Position numbers and translations under genes: made by a program
Shown: piece after piece, positions 26,776-40,833 of the stretch
How the letters are laid out: each line of letters starts with the position of its first letter
Position numbering within the stretch: position 1 is the first letter of the stretch
Assembly: GCF_009914755.1 (NCBI RefSeq)
Contig: NC_060944.1
Direction: 5' to 3' (one strand)
Source of the DNA: the human T2T-CHM13v2.0 reference genome, Homo sapiens
DNA length: 64,000 bases
Notes under the pieces: model-generated
What the model saw: the letters and a program-made list of their open reading frames with translations, nothing else
Told to the model about the DNA's origin: nothing
Databases searched by the model: none

Positions 26776-29328
26776 CTCTTATAGGGATAAGACATGGGAT
26801 CCATCAGCATCGAGGAGAGAAAGGAGAATAGAAGGGGCCTGCAGCACTGCTGCTGGTATTCTGGTCTCCTAGCCCCTCCTGCAGTGCTCTTGGATAGAAA
26901 AAAATCTGCGAGGTGGCTGCCGCAGTTGCAGGCTGCCTGCTATTCACATTCCTAAAGGAAGATCAGAGAGAATCCAGAGATGTCACAATGCTGGGTCACA
27001 TCCATTTCCCCACTGGAGTTTCTAATCAACTCAAGAGGCCTAAAATCCTGGCTGAGCTCCTGCCCTGGGAGGGCCTAGTTTGTCCCTGTGTGGTATCCCT
27101 GTCTCTCCTTCTTCAGGTCTGAGAACCTGAGAAGATTCCCCTGGGAACCCAGCAGCATAGGCAGTCAAGTGGCCCAGATCAGTAGGTGGGCTGTGGACTG
27201 GGGATCCTAGGACAAATCCAACAAGCAAGAATCCCCCTCCACCCTCCATGGGGCACAGTTCTCCTTGCTGGGGCTTTCTGCCAACACTACTATCCTTGCT
27301 GCTCAGGAACAATCATTGGAACTCCACACTGGAAGCTTCTACTTGCTCCTATCACAGGCCAGGCTGGGCCCCACCTTTGAGTATCCGCAGCTACACATGG
27401 AAGCCTGCCAGGTTAAGCTGAGCTTGGCACATTGAGCCTGGAACCACCCCAATGCTTTGTTGGAGAAGGGAAGTGCCCAAGGCCCATTTGCTGAGCTACC
27501 ATTCATTCCCACCAGGCGCTTGGCAACTGTCAGATTAATAACAGTGACTGAATAATGTTTCCTGAGCACTTACTATAGCCCAGGCTGGAGCAAAGCCCTT
27601 AACGTGGATTACCTTGTTGAAGCCATTCTCCATACAGCAGCCTGTGTGAGCTTTATGAAACACACAATTAATCGTATAACCCCCTTGCTGAAAACGATGA
27701 ATTCCCACTGTGCTTGGAATAAACAGCCAAATCCTTAATAAGGCTCCTGAGGCTGCCCAGACCCTTACAGTCTCTGCAGCTCTGTCTGGCTCACACTCCC
27801 CCTTCTCCCTGGTCTCTGACAGTGCTCACCCCCTTGGTGTTACTCACAATCATTGCCAGCTGATGAGCCGACTTGGCAGGGCTGGGTGTGGGCTTGTGCT
27901 CACTCTGAGACAGTGGCAGACGTTTGTGGGCTGTCTCTGATATTGACTGGCAGCCCCCACCTCCTTGGTTGTCATCCAGGGTGGAAAACACTCCAAAGCG
28001 GCCAATTACTATTCACTGTGACTTCACACACACCACACACCACACATCAGTGCAGACGCACACCCAGAACACTGCTCTTTCAGCTTTTAAGCTTCTTCAA
28101 CATTGCTCATGCTGTAAATTACCAGAAATTTGCAGTGGATTATCCCAGTTAGTATATTTCCCATCTACAGGCAGTATCATCACCTTGCTGGCCAACAGAA
28201 GAGCCCACCCCTGTGAATTAAAGGGACTCTTGCTTCCCAGGACCTAGAGAAGCTTGCCCTGGAAGAAACGTAATGATTCCTACTCTCACCTGCACAGACA
28301 ATGCTTTCACTCCAGCAGCCTCATGAAACAGCCAGCTAATCCATAGTCCATTGTGATGACCACCTAACAGATGGGAAAATTGTTGCTCAGAGATAGGTAA
28401 CAACTTGCTCAAGGTTATATGGTCAAGAAGCAACAGAATTGTGCTTTGCCTATGTGTTGGCCTTTGAAGGAAAGGTCAGGTCTGGGCTGCAGAGGCTCTA
28501 TTGTGGGGATGAGCCTGTAAACCTGAGCCCCAGCCTCCTGCAGAGCTGTAGGGGGCTGCAGTGCCCAGAGGCTGAGGATTCACTTCTCAACCTTGGCTAC
28601 CAGTGAGAGAGCAGGCTCATTCTCCTCTCCAGAAGACTTTTTTTTTTTTCTATACCCCAAGCTGTGACTTTAGTGTCCATATCATCCCACCAAAGACCTC
28701 TCAAGCCACACTGAAGAGAAGATGAGTTCCAGGGTAGGCCCCCCTCAGAAGCCTCCAAGGCCATCACTAAGTGCTGTCCTCTCCATCTTCAAGACATTTC
28801 CCGTCTGATTCTTTCTGCCCTTGCCTTTGCCCTGTGCCCTAGCTCAGGGTTCAGTGTCTTTTACCTGGGCTAGTGTCCCAGTCCCTCTCTGGCCTCCCTG
28901 CCTTCAGCCTCACCATCTCCAGTCCACCCTGGATGGAGGTTTCAAGAGAGAAGTTTCTCCTGGTGATTCCTGCTTGTACCTCCCATTCCGACCTTCCCTA
29001 TTCCCTCCAGCATGTGTCTCTTAAATGAAACCCTTGTAACTGAACCTGCCCCTTCTACCCAGCCCATGGTGACTCCTAACAAAGTTGTAATAATCACTCT
29101 GGTGTTCCCATTTGCTCCTCACATCTGCTAATGCAGGGCCCATGGTCTAGTAAGACCCTGAGACTCCAGACTCTGCTTCCCTGCCTCGGAGAGGACACTT
29201 TTTGAGCCCTTTCCCTGCACTCACTCCCATCACCTGTATCCCTGTGTCTCTTTTCTTCCTCTGATCACCTGTACAGTGTGACCTAGGAGCTGGTGCAAAC
29301 AAAGATTCCTGGGCCCTGCGCCAGGATG

Positions 29329-30226
29329 CTTTTTTTATGATATATATTTAAGGTGTACAACATAATATTTGATATACATATACAGAGTGAAATTGTTTCT
29401 ACAGTCAAGTGAATCAACATATCCATCATCCTGCAGTTATTTTTTAAAAACCTAAAATCTACTCTCCTAGGAAATGTCCAATCTATAATATAATATTGAC
29501 TATAGTGTCCTTATGCTATACATTATATCTCTACACTTACTTATCCTGCATAACTAAAACTCTACTCTGTGACCACCATCTCCACATTCCACACCACTCC
29601 CAGCCCTTAGCAGCCACTGGTCTACTCTCTGTTTCTATTTGAATGTTTTGTTGTTGTTGTTGATGTTGTTGTTGTTTTAAGATTCCACATATAAGTAAGA
29701 TCATGTAATTTTTTCTTTCTTTATCTGGCTTATTTCACTTAAGCACAATGTCCACTAGTTTCATCCATGTTCTTGCAAATGGCACGATTTCCTTTTTAAT
29801 GGCTGAATAATATTTCTGTGTATTTGGGGTATACATATTTTATATATATTCACAATGTCTTTACTCATTCATCCATTAATGGGCACTTAGGTTGTTTCTC
29901 TATCTTAGCTATTGTGAATAATGCTGCAGGGAACATGGGGGCACAGATATCTTTACAAGGTGCTGATTTTATTTATTTTATTTGGGTGTATACCCACAAG
30001 AAGGATTGCTGGGTTATATGATAGTTCTATTTCTAATTTTTTTAGGAACCTCCATATTGTTTTCCATGACAGCTGTACCAATCTACATTCCCACCAATAG
30101 TATGCAAGGACTCTCTTTTCTCCACATCCTTGTTAAAACTTGTTACCTCTTGCCTTTTTGATAATAGCCACTTGAACAGGTGTGAGGTGGTATCTCACTG
30201 TAGTTTTGATTTGTATTCCTGATGAT
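29329..30226 (-). mobile_element. L1MA9-like 3' fragment inserted in a MER5A-like element
   Basis: tatatttaaggtgtacaac...agattccacatataagtaagatcatg...gtgaggtggtatctcactgtagttttgatttg; MER5 halves at ~29285-29328 and ~30227-30301. Confidence 0.85.
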
Positions 30227-32004
30227 TCAGGAAGCTATGTTTTTAACAAACTCACTGGACAATTCACAAGTCCTTGAGATCCATGAAGTCTGAGAACCAC
30301 TAACCCACAAGCCCTTGTCATGGGATATGGCATGATCCACCTTGGGGACTGAGGGCGACTGTCTTTTCCCTATGTGCTCTTGAAAGGCCACTTCAGCTCT
30401 CTGCCCAGGAGCCCTCTCCTCCTTTATCATTTACGAAATGTCTCCCCTTCCTCCCTGGTGCAGCTTACTTGCCACTTTCTCCAAGAAGTCTTCCTGGGCT
30501 CCACAAAGCTGAGCTGCTCATGCCCTCCTCTGTGTACTTAACAGGAATCTGCTTTTTATTCTGTGATGTGTCCCAACTTCCTCTGTGACCTGGAGATCTG
30601 GAGCCATCCAGACAGGGTCTTCCACTTTAGATGAAATGGAAGGGTGGGGAGAAGGGCAAATAATGGCCTGAAAAGAAGGTGGCCCTTCCTGATCATCCAC
30701 TACACATGTTCACATTCATCAATGACTTTGTTCTTTCCTACTAACCTATAAGGCTGGAGCTGCCATTCAGGTTCTAACAGGCGAGGACACTCAGGCTTGA
30801 AAAGCACAATATGGAGGCTGCACTGCTGATAAATGGCAGAGCTGGGCCTGCACTTCAGCTCCTCTGGACTGCAGAGACACTGTTAAGGCATCACTCTGAG
30901 AACTGGAGACAGTGGTCATAAAACGGCTGATGACAACCTAAGACCTTGATTCTTCTGCTGTGCATTTTCAGTCCCTGAGCTCCCCTCTCTGTGGGCAGCA
31001 CATGCATGACTCTGAGCCAAGCCTTTGACCCAGGGTGATGCTCATCTGAAGCCCAGCGTCACCATCATAAGTGTGGGAGCCATTCTCCACTTAAATTTAC
31101 AGACCTGCTTTATACTCCCACAGAAACGCAGTCAGAAAATGACCCTCACACCAGGCATCCATCAGAAATCTGTGTGTAATTTGTCTTTATTACGAGGAAG
31201 AAAGGGTTGGCGGAGAGGCGGGTGGGAGGTGGAGGGGGAGAAATCAATTTGATGTCAGGTTTCAATTGTTGAGTTACTAATCTAATCAGTGACAACTTAC
31301 CCTTTTAGATGTACGGCTTGGCTTTCCAAAAATTAGAAATATCCTCTTTTTCCAAAAGGCTGTTGGAAAGGAGATAATTACCCCAATACAATCTGTGCTT
31401 ATTCTCAGAGTTGTGTTTTTTTTTTCTTTAAACACGACAACATTTCCTACATGTGTTCAGTGAAGCTGAAAATGCTATTTTGATAATGGGCCCACAGAAC
31501 GTTTAACAGGCCTGGATGACAATGTGAGACTTTCTTAAGGAATGAGGAGGCAATGAAAAGCTATTATAGGAGTCATTAATGGGGACTGGGAGGTCTGCTG
31601 GAGACATCACTGCAATTCTCAGTTTTGCTGTTTTCTTAATAAGGTTCTTTGGAGATCAGATCTGAAGCATGATCTTGCCAAAACCCAGAGCCCTCAGCCC
31701 TGTCCTTACTCAACCTGACCCTCCCAGCTGCCAAGATTGAACCCTCCTCCCTCAACACCCTCCCCATTTGATAAAGATTGACTAAGCACCTACCATGGGC
31801 CAATTTCCCCATTATGTGCTGGCAGTGAGTTGAAAACAGTCTTTGCGCCTACACTTCACAGCCCCAGAGGAAGGCAGATAAAAAAGGAGAGCCACAATCC
31901 CACATGATGTGTTCCGTGATGGGGTAGCTCTGAGAGAGCAGAAAGTGGGGAGCAGCTACAGTTCCTGGTCTTAAAAGATGAGTAGAATTTTCTTAGTGTG
32001 AGAA

Positions 32005-32255
32005 ACTGAGCCTCATTAATCTGGCTTCAGTCCCACACCCATCCCTGAACTGAGGCAAGAAGTATGAAATATGATCTGATTGGCCACATGGTCACATACC
32101 TAGCCTTGAAAGTGACAGGAGAGTCAACCCCTGGAAAAATTCATTGACTTAAAATAGGGGAGAGGTGGTTCTCCATAGAATTAGGGGAGAAATTCTGTTC
32201 CCGGAAGCAGAGGGAGTAGATACTGAACAGGCTAAACTAGCAGCTGTCCACTAAG
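32005..32255 (-). mobile_element. MLT1K/L-like MaLR LTR fragment
   Basis: ctgattggccacatggtcacatacc...gggagaggtggttctcc...gatactgaacaggc...tgtccacta. Confidence 0.55.
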
Positions 32256-34639
32256 CAGGCAGGCACCTGTTACTGCCAACAGAGGTCATGCCATCTTTCA
32301 GCTCTGCAGCTACAAAAAGCCACAACTCCTGGAACTTGGCTCCAAAAGGAGTTACTTTCTATCAAGCCAGTCTCAATAACCCTCCATTTCCAGTTCTCCC
32401 CAGAATAATGGGGAGCTTGCACCTCCAAGAGTGTGGACTTGGTTGTCCTTTCAGCAGGAAGAGAGGCTAAAATTACCTTGTCATTCATCCTGGTTTCCTA
32501 GAATAATAAAAAAAAGAAAAGAAGACAAAATGGAGTATCTCAAGAAACTCTCCACCTGCATTAAACAACAAGCCAGGGAGAACATGTTACTCTGGAGAAG
32601 TATCTAAAAGTCTAGAAGCCCTGAAAATGGAGCAATTCATTTTGTTAAGAAATGGGTGAAGAATCAAGTAAACTTATGGAGAGGAGGTTATGCTAGGAGC
32701 TAGGCTATCATCCTCAAAGAAATGAATCCTAATAAATGGCCCACATTCAAAAAATTGATGAGCAATTTGCTTTCTCATCTGGTTCTTGGGAGTATGCAAA
32801 GTACCCATGCACATGTGACTTTATGTTCCAAAAAAGCCCCAGAATTGGGAAAGGTTGCATTTGATAACAAGAAAACCTGTCCCAAGAGATCAAGCAAATT
32901 CCAAAGTAGTTTTTAGGGGTGGCAATGTAAACCATAACCAAGGGGACCCATTAGTGTCAACTGTATTCAAAGGATCATAATGAGATGGAAACAACTGCAT
33001 TATCCAGCCAGTTGAAGTCAAAATTCCCCCGAGGGAAGGGCTATCTTTGTATGAGAAAACCATGATAAGTCCCTCTTAGGTCCAGACAGCTCCTTAAAGG
33101 ACGGGGGTTGTCTTGCTTGGGATAAAAGAAAAATGTACTGACTTCCCTCCCACAACACTGAGGAGGGAAGAAGACAAACTAGAGAAGAAAGAGAGAGAAG
33201 AAAAAGTATAGGAGGAAAGAAGAGACAGTCCAGTGGATCCACAGCTAGTGAAGATGTGCAATGTGTACAAATCATTTGGAAAATGGGTATCTTCTTATCC
33301 CTTTAAATTAGTTTGTTCCTGTGATGGAAACCCTTCCTCCATTCTGAGTTTGATTGAAGCACATGGCTGTGTTTTCCTTGTGGTTGTTTTGGTTTGTACG
33401 TCAGTTGATTTTGTTTGGTAGAAAGATGTGAAGAGGCTATATCTGACACCTAAATCAGTGTGGCTCAAAACAAGGATTGCATATTAGAGATCAGAAAAAT
33501 TATGAAAACTCAGGGAGATCCTGGAGAAGGCCACAGAAATGGATATTTGAGGCCATCTTATCCCAATCCCAAGGAACAGGGAGGCTGACAACTGGGCTGT
33601 AAAATTCAAAAATCAAGAATAAATGAATTACATTTATTTCAAGGTCTTTTCCACTGTAATATAAAATATCTTTTGACAAATCTGGGTAACTTCTATCCTT
33701 TTTTTGTTTTTTTAGATACCAGACTTCTTAGCACCTTTAACTTTTTGCATGCAATCGGACTCTCCAAAACACCTTCTTCATTCTGAGACAATTATCTCTG
33801 TCTTGCGTTATTCTATTTCTTATACCGGTAGGTTTTCTATAGAAGCATTTTTCAAAAACCTTATTGTAACATCTCTGACCATTTTGCATGTGTCCTTATG
33901 CCCTACAGATCTGGAGGAAATTAGGAATGTGGAAAAGCCACAGGTGGAGATGGAGAGAGGATGTTAAGAGAGCCTGAGAAGAAAGTGGGAATTTGATTTC
34001 ACAGGGTATGTGACAGCCTAGCCCCTGAGCTCCAAGTAAGCAGGAATCCTATCCGCCTTATTCGTCCTCATCCCTATGTCCTCAGGACCCAGGAAAATTG
34101 CTGGTGAAATGCATAGGTGCTCAATAAATATCTGTCAAATGAATAAGTGAACTCTTCAGAGCTCCGTGAATTAAGTGTATGACCTAAGAATTAAGTATAT
34201 GACTCTATGATTCATATCAACATAGAAACTAAGCCTCTAAGGAGTCAGGTGGAGTTCTCCAAATCACAGAATCACAGGGCCAGGATAGGAATGGAAGAGG
34301 TTTTGGCTGCAGAGCCTGCATTATTTTCAGCCTCACATACTACTCTCTCTTCCTACTTCAAGAGCTATCCTTCTGATCACCTTTGCCCCCAGCTTTCTGT
34401 TTCTAAACAGTGATTTAATCCTCAGCCCATTGCAACATTTAGAACGGTGGTCCTCCACCATTAGAAGGTATTAGAATCATCCAGAGCTGAACAAACAAAC
34501 CTGAACAGTTGCAGGTTTCTGGGATTCAATCCCGAGAAATACTGATTTTGTAGTGGGCTCCACCCCCCAAAATACTGATTTCATGGGCCTGAATGAGACT
34601 TTGGAATCTGACTTAACCTGGGTCCATTGCAGGACTAAT

Positions 34640-35099
34640 CCCTTCATGGAGGGACCATTTTAGTAGCCCACTCAGCTTCCTGCAGATCCCTTTCTTATTT
34701 TTGTGTGTCCCTTGGAGCCTATGATTTTTTTTTAGGGGACCACCTTTGTGCTACTTGAGCTTTGTGCTACTCTGACCACATTTACAAAAATCCAGAAGTT
34801 CCTAGGAAATTATGTTCTACTGGAAACTTTTAACTATTGAGATTCGAGTGAATTTTTTTGGAAACTCAACTCCCTTACTTCAGGTCAGGACACTTCTGAG
34901 GTTTAACTTACACTCCAGTTTCCCTGTGGGATCAGGCTGAAGTCAACTTCCACAGGTCTGTGCCTGAGATCATGCCCTTGCTTGGCTTCCAACTCTTCCC
35001 GGTCTAATTTTCACCTTCCTTCCCAGCTTTCCTTTCCTAAGTTACCTGCAAATGAATCCTCATCTCAGAATCTGTTTCTGGACAGTCAAACCCAAAACA
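34640..35099 (+). mobile_element. LTR16A-like (ERVL) solo LTR
   Basis: ccagtttccctgtgggatcaggctgaagtcaacttcc...aatgaatcctcatctcagaatctgtttctgg...cccaaaaca. Confidence 0.65.
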
Positions 35100-36099
35100 C
35101 ACTTCCTGTCTTTAGTTTTTCATTGCTTATATTCTACCCTGCCCAAACTTGGTCTTCCAGAAAGTTGAATATGAACAATTCAACTCAAAGTCAACACAAT
35201 GTGAAGCTTAAAAGTAGGTTTTCCCCTATCCCTGAAGATTATACCTATTTTGAGCTGACCATCTTTGAAACTGGTGGAGTCAGGCTAGAGAGTGGAAGGA
35301 GGTGTGCCTCTCTTCCAAGGGACAAAAATCTTATACCCGATACTAAGGGTCAGAAGACTGGACTCTTAATTGCTTTTGGAGGGTGATGCAAGATCGAGGC
35401 CATCTCCTTCCATGAGAGCTCCCCTTCTATCTGACCAACCTGAAGCCAGACCCATCTGCATAGACCTCACTAGGTTTCACCCCTATTTTTCCTCCTTACC
35501 CCTGTAGAAATGCACATGACCTCTTTATGAAGACCCCAAAGTTCATCTGTCATTATTTTTTGCATTTTCAAAAAATAATAGAATAGAAAATCTATCTATT
35601 TATAGGGAACTGCATGACTGTGTGACACATCTCCCTGTTGTGAAATCCAAGCTACTGTCATAAAACATTTAGAAACAAAAAGGGAAGAGAGGAGTAAGAT
35701 GGTCCAAAGAGGAAGCTCTTGCTATGTATTTGCATTTCTATGGAAACAGTCTTGGGCAGACATGGCTTTGGTCCTCTGTGGTCAGAGGAACATGAAGTCA
35801 GGTGCCTGGCAGCTGGTCAGAGGCTGCTGCAGCAGCAATTTGCAGGGGACAGAATGGCATAAGAGAACAGACACCCAGAGGCCTCCAAATCTCCTAATAA
35901 CAGGGACCAGGAACTTGTGGGTTTATCTCTCTAAATGCCCAGCTAGTCCTGTGGCAATCTCCCTCCATGTGCACTTGCAAGTGGGCATCCTTGCCATTTT
36001 CTCCCTCCCCCTAAAAGCACTGTGCAAAAAAACATGAGATGTAGACAACAGAGAGAGAAGACAGATGGACTGCTATAAGACCAGTGACTAGACGATAAG

Positions 36100-36660
36100 G
36101 AGAATAACATTTTATGTTTATTATTAACAAATAGAACAGGTACAGTTGCCGCCAGTAATTAAAAGATGGTTATGCATTAGCAGTCTCAATTATTCAACTT
36201 AGTAGGGAAAAAAAAAGAAAAAGAAAAAGACCAAAAAAAAAAGACGACTATTTTGGAAACTGATGAAAAAAACAGATAACAAGAGTCAACATACATTCCT
36301 CATTAGGAAAACAAAAAGATAAACAACCCTTGTTAAAGTAAAAATAGGAAAAAATGTTGACTATGATAATGCTACCAGAGTTTGACAACAAAATTGTACC
36401 TTATTAAAATATAATAAAATCATTCCCAATGAGGCAAAACAGTAGAAAAAGTAGACTGACATCATTATAGTTTATTATTGTTCTACAAGTTCTAGTATCC
36501 ACAATAAGATAAGGAAAAAAAAGATGTTTAACTTTTAATAAAGCAAAGCTAAAATTGTCCCTCCTTGCAGATGAATTTATCTGTATGGAGAAATCAAAAA
36601 GACTTAACTAAAAAAATTAATGGGATTTTAAGAAAAGTAGAAAGATATATGTTTAATATA
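36100..36660 (+). mobile_element. Very old L1 (L1ME/L1M5-like) ORF2 fragment
   Basis: A-rich degenerate RT-region sequence, e.g. attgttctacaagttctag...aaaattgtccctccttgcagatga. Confidence 0.5.
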
Positions 36661-37499
36661 CACATATGTTGAATGCCTGCTGCATGCCTTTGAACCATGG
36701 CATATCATTTTAATTCTCATTCACACTGGCAAGATAGGTCTAACCTTCTGATCCTACAGATGACACAATTCAAATCTGGAGAAATTTAGTACCTTACTCA
36801 GAGACGGTTTCTAACTGCTAGAACATGAACCCAGTAATGACTTTCTTACAGCTCACATTCTTCATATACTAGCCCAGCGTGATTATTACTATTAATATGT
36901 TACTATATGAACAACATTAATAATAGCTTAAAAGGCACTCTTTAATAAGTACGTCTTATATGCATGCATTGCACTATGAATGAATGAATAACCTCTTTCC
37001 TCCCAAACAACAGCAAATGTTCCTCAAAGTTTCCACGGCCAAAATATACTTCTTCAATAAATAAAATTTTAAAACCATCAAATTAATTGCTTTCTCTAAA
37101 TATTATTAATCATATGTAATCTATGAGCAGAGAGGCATATCATTTGGAACAAGAAGTGATACAAAAAATGAAGAAACTAAAATGTATAGGGAGAGTGACA
37201 TCAGCAAGATGACAGAATAGGACTTTCCAGCACTCATCCCCTAGGAGGAACATCAATTTGGACAATTTATCCTTGCACAAAAATAATTTCATAAGAGCTA
37301 AGGAAACCCAGGTGAGAGATTACAGCAACTTGGAGTAGCAAAGAAATAAGAACTGACACATTGAAGAGGCTAGGAAGGACAGCTTCACATTATCTGAGTC
37401 ACCCCTCCCTTAAGCCTGGGCAGCACAACATGGAGAGATAACCTCCACATGTGGGAGGGAAAGTGAAATAAGCACCTGGCTTTGCTACAAACCCCAGCA

Positions 37500-38200
37500 C
37501 CAGGCCAGCTTCAATGAAATTCAGCACTAGGCCAGCCTCCACAGCCCCAGACTCTAGGTCAGCACCCATGGATCATGCCTCCAGGCCTACCCTACTGTCA
37601 GACCAGACCCATTGCTCCAGGCTCCAGGCCATTCTCTACAGCCCCATAATGACACCCAAGGACCCACCTTCTAGGACCTCCTCAGTGCCAGAACAACACC
37701 TGCAGATCTCAGTTCTAGGCTGGCCCATGAAGCCTCAGACGTCTGGCTGGTTCCAGCAGCCCCAGGCTCTAGGCCAGCTGCCATAACCCCAGGCTCCAGG
37801 TCAGCCCCTGTAGCCCCAGACTCCAGGCTGGCCCCAGTGGCCCCAGGCACTAGACCAGCAACTGTAGACCCAGAAACTAGGTTCACTCCTGCAGACTCAC
37901 TTTCTAGGCCCACCCCAGTACCAAGCCAGCCCTGCAAAGACTCAAGTTCCAGGACTATCTCCACGAACCCAGGTGGCAAGTCTATTCCAACAAAAGGCCA
38001 TCCCCTGATGACTCAGGCTCAAGGCCCATCTCAGCACCAGGCTGGCTCTTATGGACCCAGGATCCAGGCCCGATCCCCATACACTCAGCTTTAAGCAGGT
38101 CCCTGTGGACCCAGGTACCAGACCTGCACACATTCTGACCCAGACACCAGGCCAGCCTGCCCTAGGACTCTAGCAGCAAACCCACCACTGGGACTTACAA
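37500..38200 (+). repeat. Degenerate GC-rich tandem repeat within the L1 5' UTR
   Basis: Recurrent ccccagg(c/a)tccaggccagc / ccccagactccaggc units. Confidence 0.75.
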
Positions 38201-40079
38201 AATGGTCAACTCAGAATCTCAGAACTCAACCCAGACTGGAGAGTTTTCCCTGCCAAAGCCAATCTGTAAAAACTGGAATAGGTGCCTACTTCTTTGAACT
38301 TGCAATCATAAGACATGGCCAGAAGGGTAAAAAAATTATCTGTGAAACATGACACCACCAAATGAACAAGATAAAGCACTAGTAACTAACCCTAAAGAAA
38401 GGGAGATATGACTGCCTGACACAGAATTCAAAATAACTGTCTTGAAGTCCAGTGAGCTACAAGAAAACACAGACAACTAAACATAATCATAAAAACACTA
38501 CCTGAACAAAATTTGAAGTTCAACAAATAGAAACCATAAAAGTGAACCAAACAAAAATTATGGTGCTGAAGCATACAATACCTTAACAGGAAAATTCCAC
38601 AGACAGCTTCAACAGCAAACTCCATCAAGCAGCAGGAAAAAAATCAGTGAGATAAAAACAGGTCATTTAAAATTACCTAGTCAGATAAACAAAAAGAAAT
38701 AAAAATGAAAAAGAATAAAGAAAGCCTACAAAATTATGAAACACCATCAAGTGAACCAACATATACTTTACAGAATTCTCACAAAGAGCACAGAAAGAGA
38801 AAGGAGAAGAAAGCTTATTTATTAAAAAAAAAAAGATAGAAAAATTCCCAATCTGAAGAGGGAAATAAATATCTAGAATCTTGAAGCCCAAAGAACCCAA
38901 AATAAATCAAATATAAAGAGATCTTCACTGAAACCTAATCAAATTCTCAGAAGTCAAAGACAAAGAGAAAAATTGAGAAGCAACAAAAGAAAGAAAAATT
39001 GTCACATACAAGGGAATCTTATTAAAACCACCAGCAGATTTCTCAGCAGAAACCTTGCAGGCCAGGAGAGAGTGGGATGATATATACAAAGTACTGAAAG
39101 AAAACAACTGTCAACCAAGAATACTATACTCAGCAAGTCTTCAGAAATGAAGAGAGATAAGGAGGTTTCCAGACAAGCAAAAGTTGTAGGAGTTCATCAT
39201 TAGTAGAGCTGCCTTACAAGAAATGCTAAAGTAAGCTCTTCAAATTGAAACAAAAGGGTGGTAACTAGAAACATGAAATCATTTGAAATTGTAAAACTCA
39301 CCATAAAAATAAGAATGCAGTGGAGTTTAGAATACTCTAATACTGTAAGGGTGATGCATAAATCACTTTTTAAGTCTAATATAAAAGCTAAAAGATTAAA
39401 GTATTAAAAATTGTGGTCATTAAATAATTTGGTAATGGATACACAATATATAAAAGAGGTACATTGTGATATCAGTAACACAAAATGTGGGGAGATGAAT
39501 AAAGCATAGAGTTTTGTATGCAGTCAAAGTAAAGATGTTATCAGCTTAAAATAGATTGTTATAACTACATGATGTTTTATGTAAGCTTTGTGTTAACCAT
39601 AAAAAAACCTATAGTAGATACACAAAAGATAAAGAGAAAGCAATCAAAGGATACCACAAAAAAAAATCTATCAACTCTAAAAGGAGGGCAGCAAGAGAGG
39701 AGGCATGAAACAAAAGAACTACAAAATAGTCAGAAAACAATTTTTTAAATAACCACAGTAAGTCCTTACCTATCAGTAATTACTTTAAATGTAAATGGAT
39801 TAAATTCTCAAATCAAAAAATGTAATGTCTAAATAGATTTTTAAAAGCAAAATTTAACTACATTCTTCCTATAAGATACTCACTTTAGCATTAAGAAAAC
39901 ATATAGTCTGAATGTAAAGAGATGGAGATAAAATATTCCACTCAAACAATCACCTAAAGAGAGCAGAGGTGTCTATATTAATATCAGACAAAATAGATTT
40001 TAGTCAAAAGCTGTCACAAGAGACAAAGAAGATCGTTGATAAAAGGGTTAAATTATCAAAAGGACATAACAATTGTAAG

Positions 40080-40157
40080 TATATATATACACATATCTAC
40101 ATATATATACATACATATATACATATATGTGTGTGCGTGTATGTATATATATACATA
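40080..40157. repeat. Compound (TA/CA/TG)n microsatellite inside L1 ORF2
   Basis: atatatatacacatatctacatatatatacatacatatatacatatatgtgtgtgcgtgtatgtatatatatacat. Confidence 0.9.
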
Positions 40158-40830
40158 CCCAACATCAGTTTTCTCTGTCTGAAATGCTCTAAGCTGACTT
40201 GAACAGACATTTCTCAAAAGAAGACAGACAAATGATTGGCAGGTATATGAAAAAATATTCAACATCATTAATCATTAGAGAAATGCAAATTAAAATCACA
40301 GTGAAATATCACCTCAAACTCATTTGATAATGGCTATTATCAAAGAGACAAAAGATAACAAATGGTGACAAGAATGTGGAGAAAAAGGAACCCTTTATAC
40401 TCAGTGACAATGTAAGTTAGTATAACCATTATGGAAAATAGTATAAAGGTTTCTCAAAAAAAAAAAAATTATCATATGACCCAGAAATCCCACTTCTGGA
40501 TATAAATGAAAAGGAAATAAAATCAGCATGTTGAGGAGATATCTGTACTCCCATATTCATTCCATATCTTTGCTATTACTCAAAACAACCCGCTGATTTT
40601 ACAGCCCTATGGCCTTGAGTGAACATAGGCAGTAACCAGGTCGTGGTTACAGTGGACTTTGGGTGAGACCTGGTGCTGTGTTGGCTTCAAGTCTGACCTA
40701 ACACAGCCCCCGTTGTGGTGGCTACAGGGGCATGGGTATTACTGGCTATTATTGGGTATTATTCATAGCAGCCAAGACATGGAATCAATGTTAAGTGTCC
40801 ATTGATGGATGAATGGGTAAAGAAGATGTA

Positions 40831-40833
<3 letters not shown>

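Noticed and set aside
32500-33200. Possible processed pseudogene or ERV-internal remnant
   Set aside because: The translations I tried gave no recognisable protein and there is no poly-A/TSD pair; a tBLASTx or Dfam search would be needed.
37500-38200. Repeat array superficially like CRISPR or a Pro/Ser-rich coding repeat
   Set aside because: Degenerate tandem units without unique spacers, lying in an L1 5' UTR; eukaryotic context with no cas genes.
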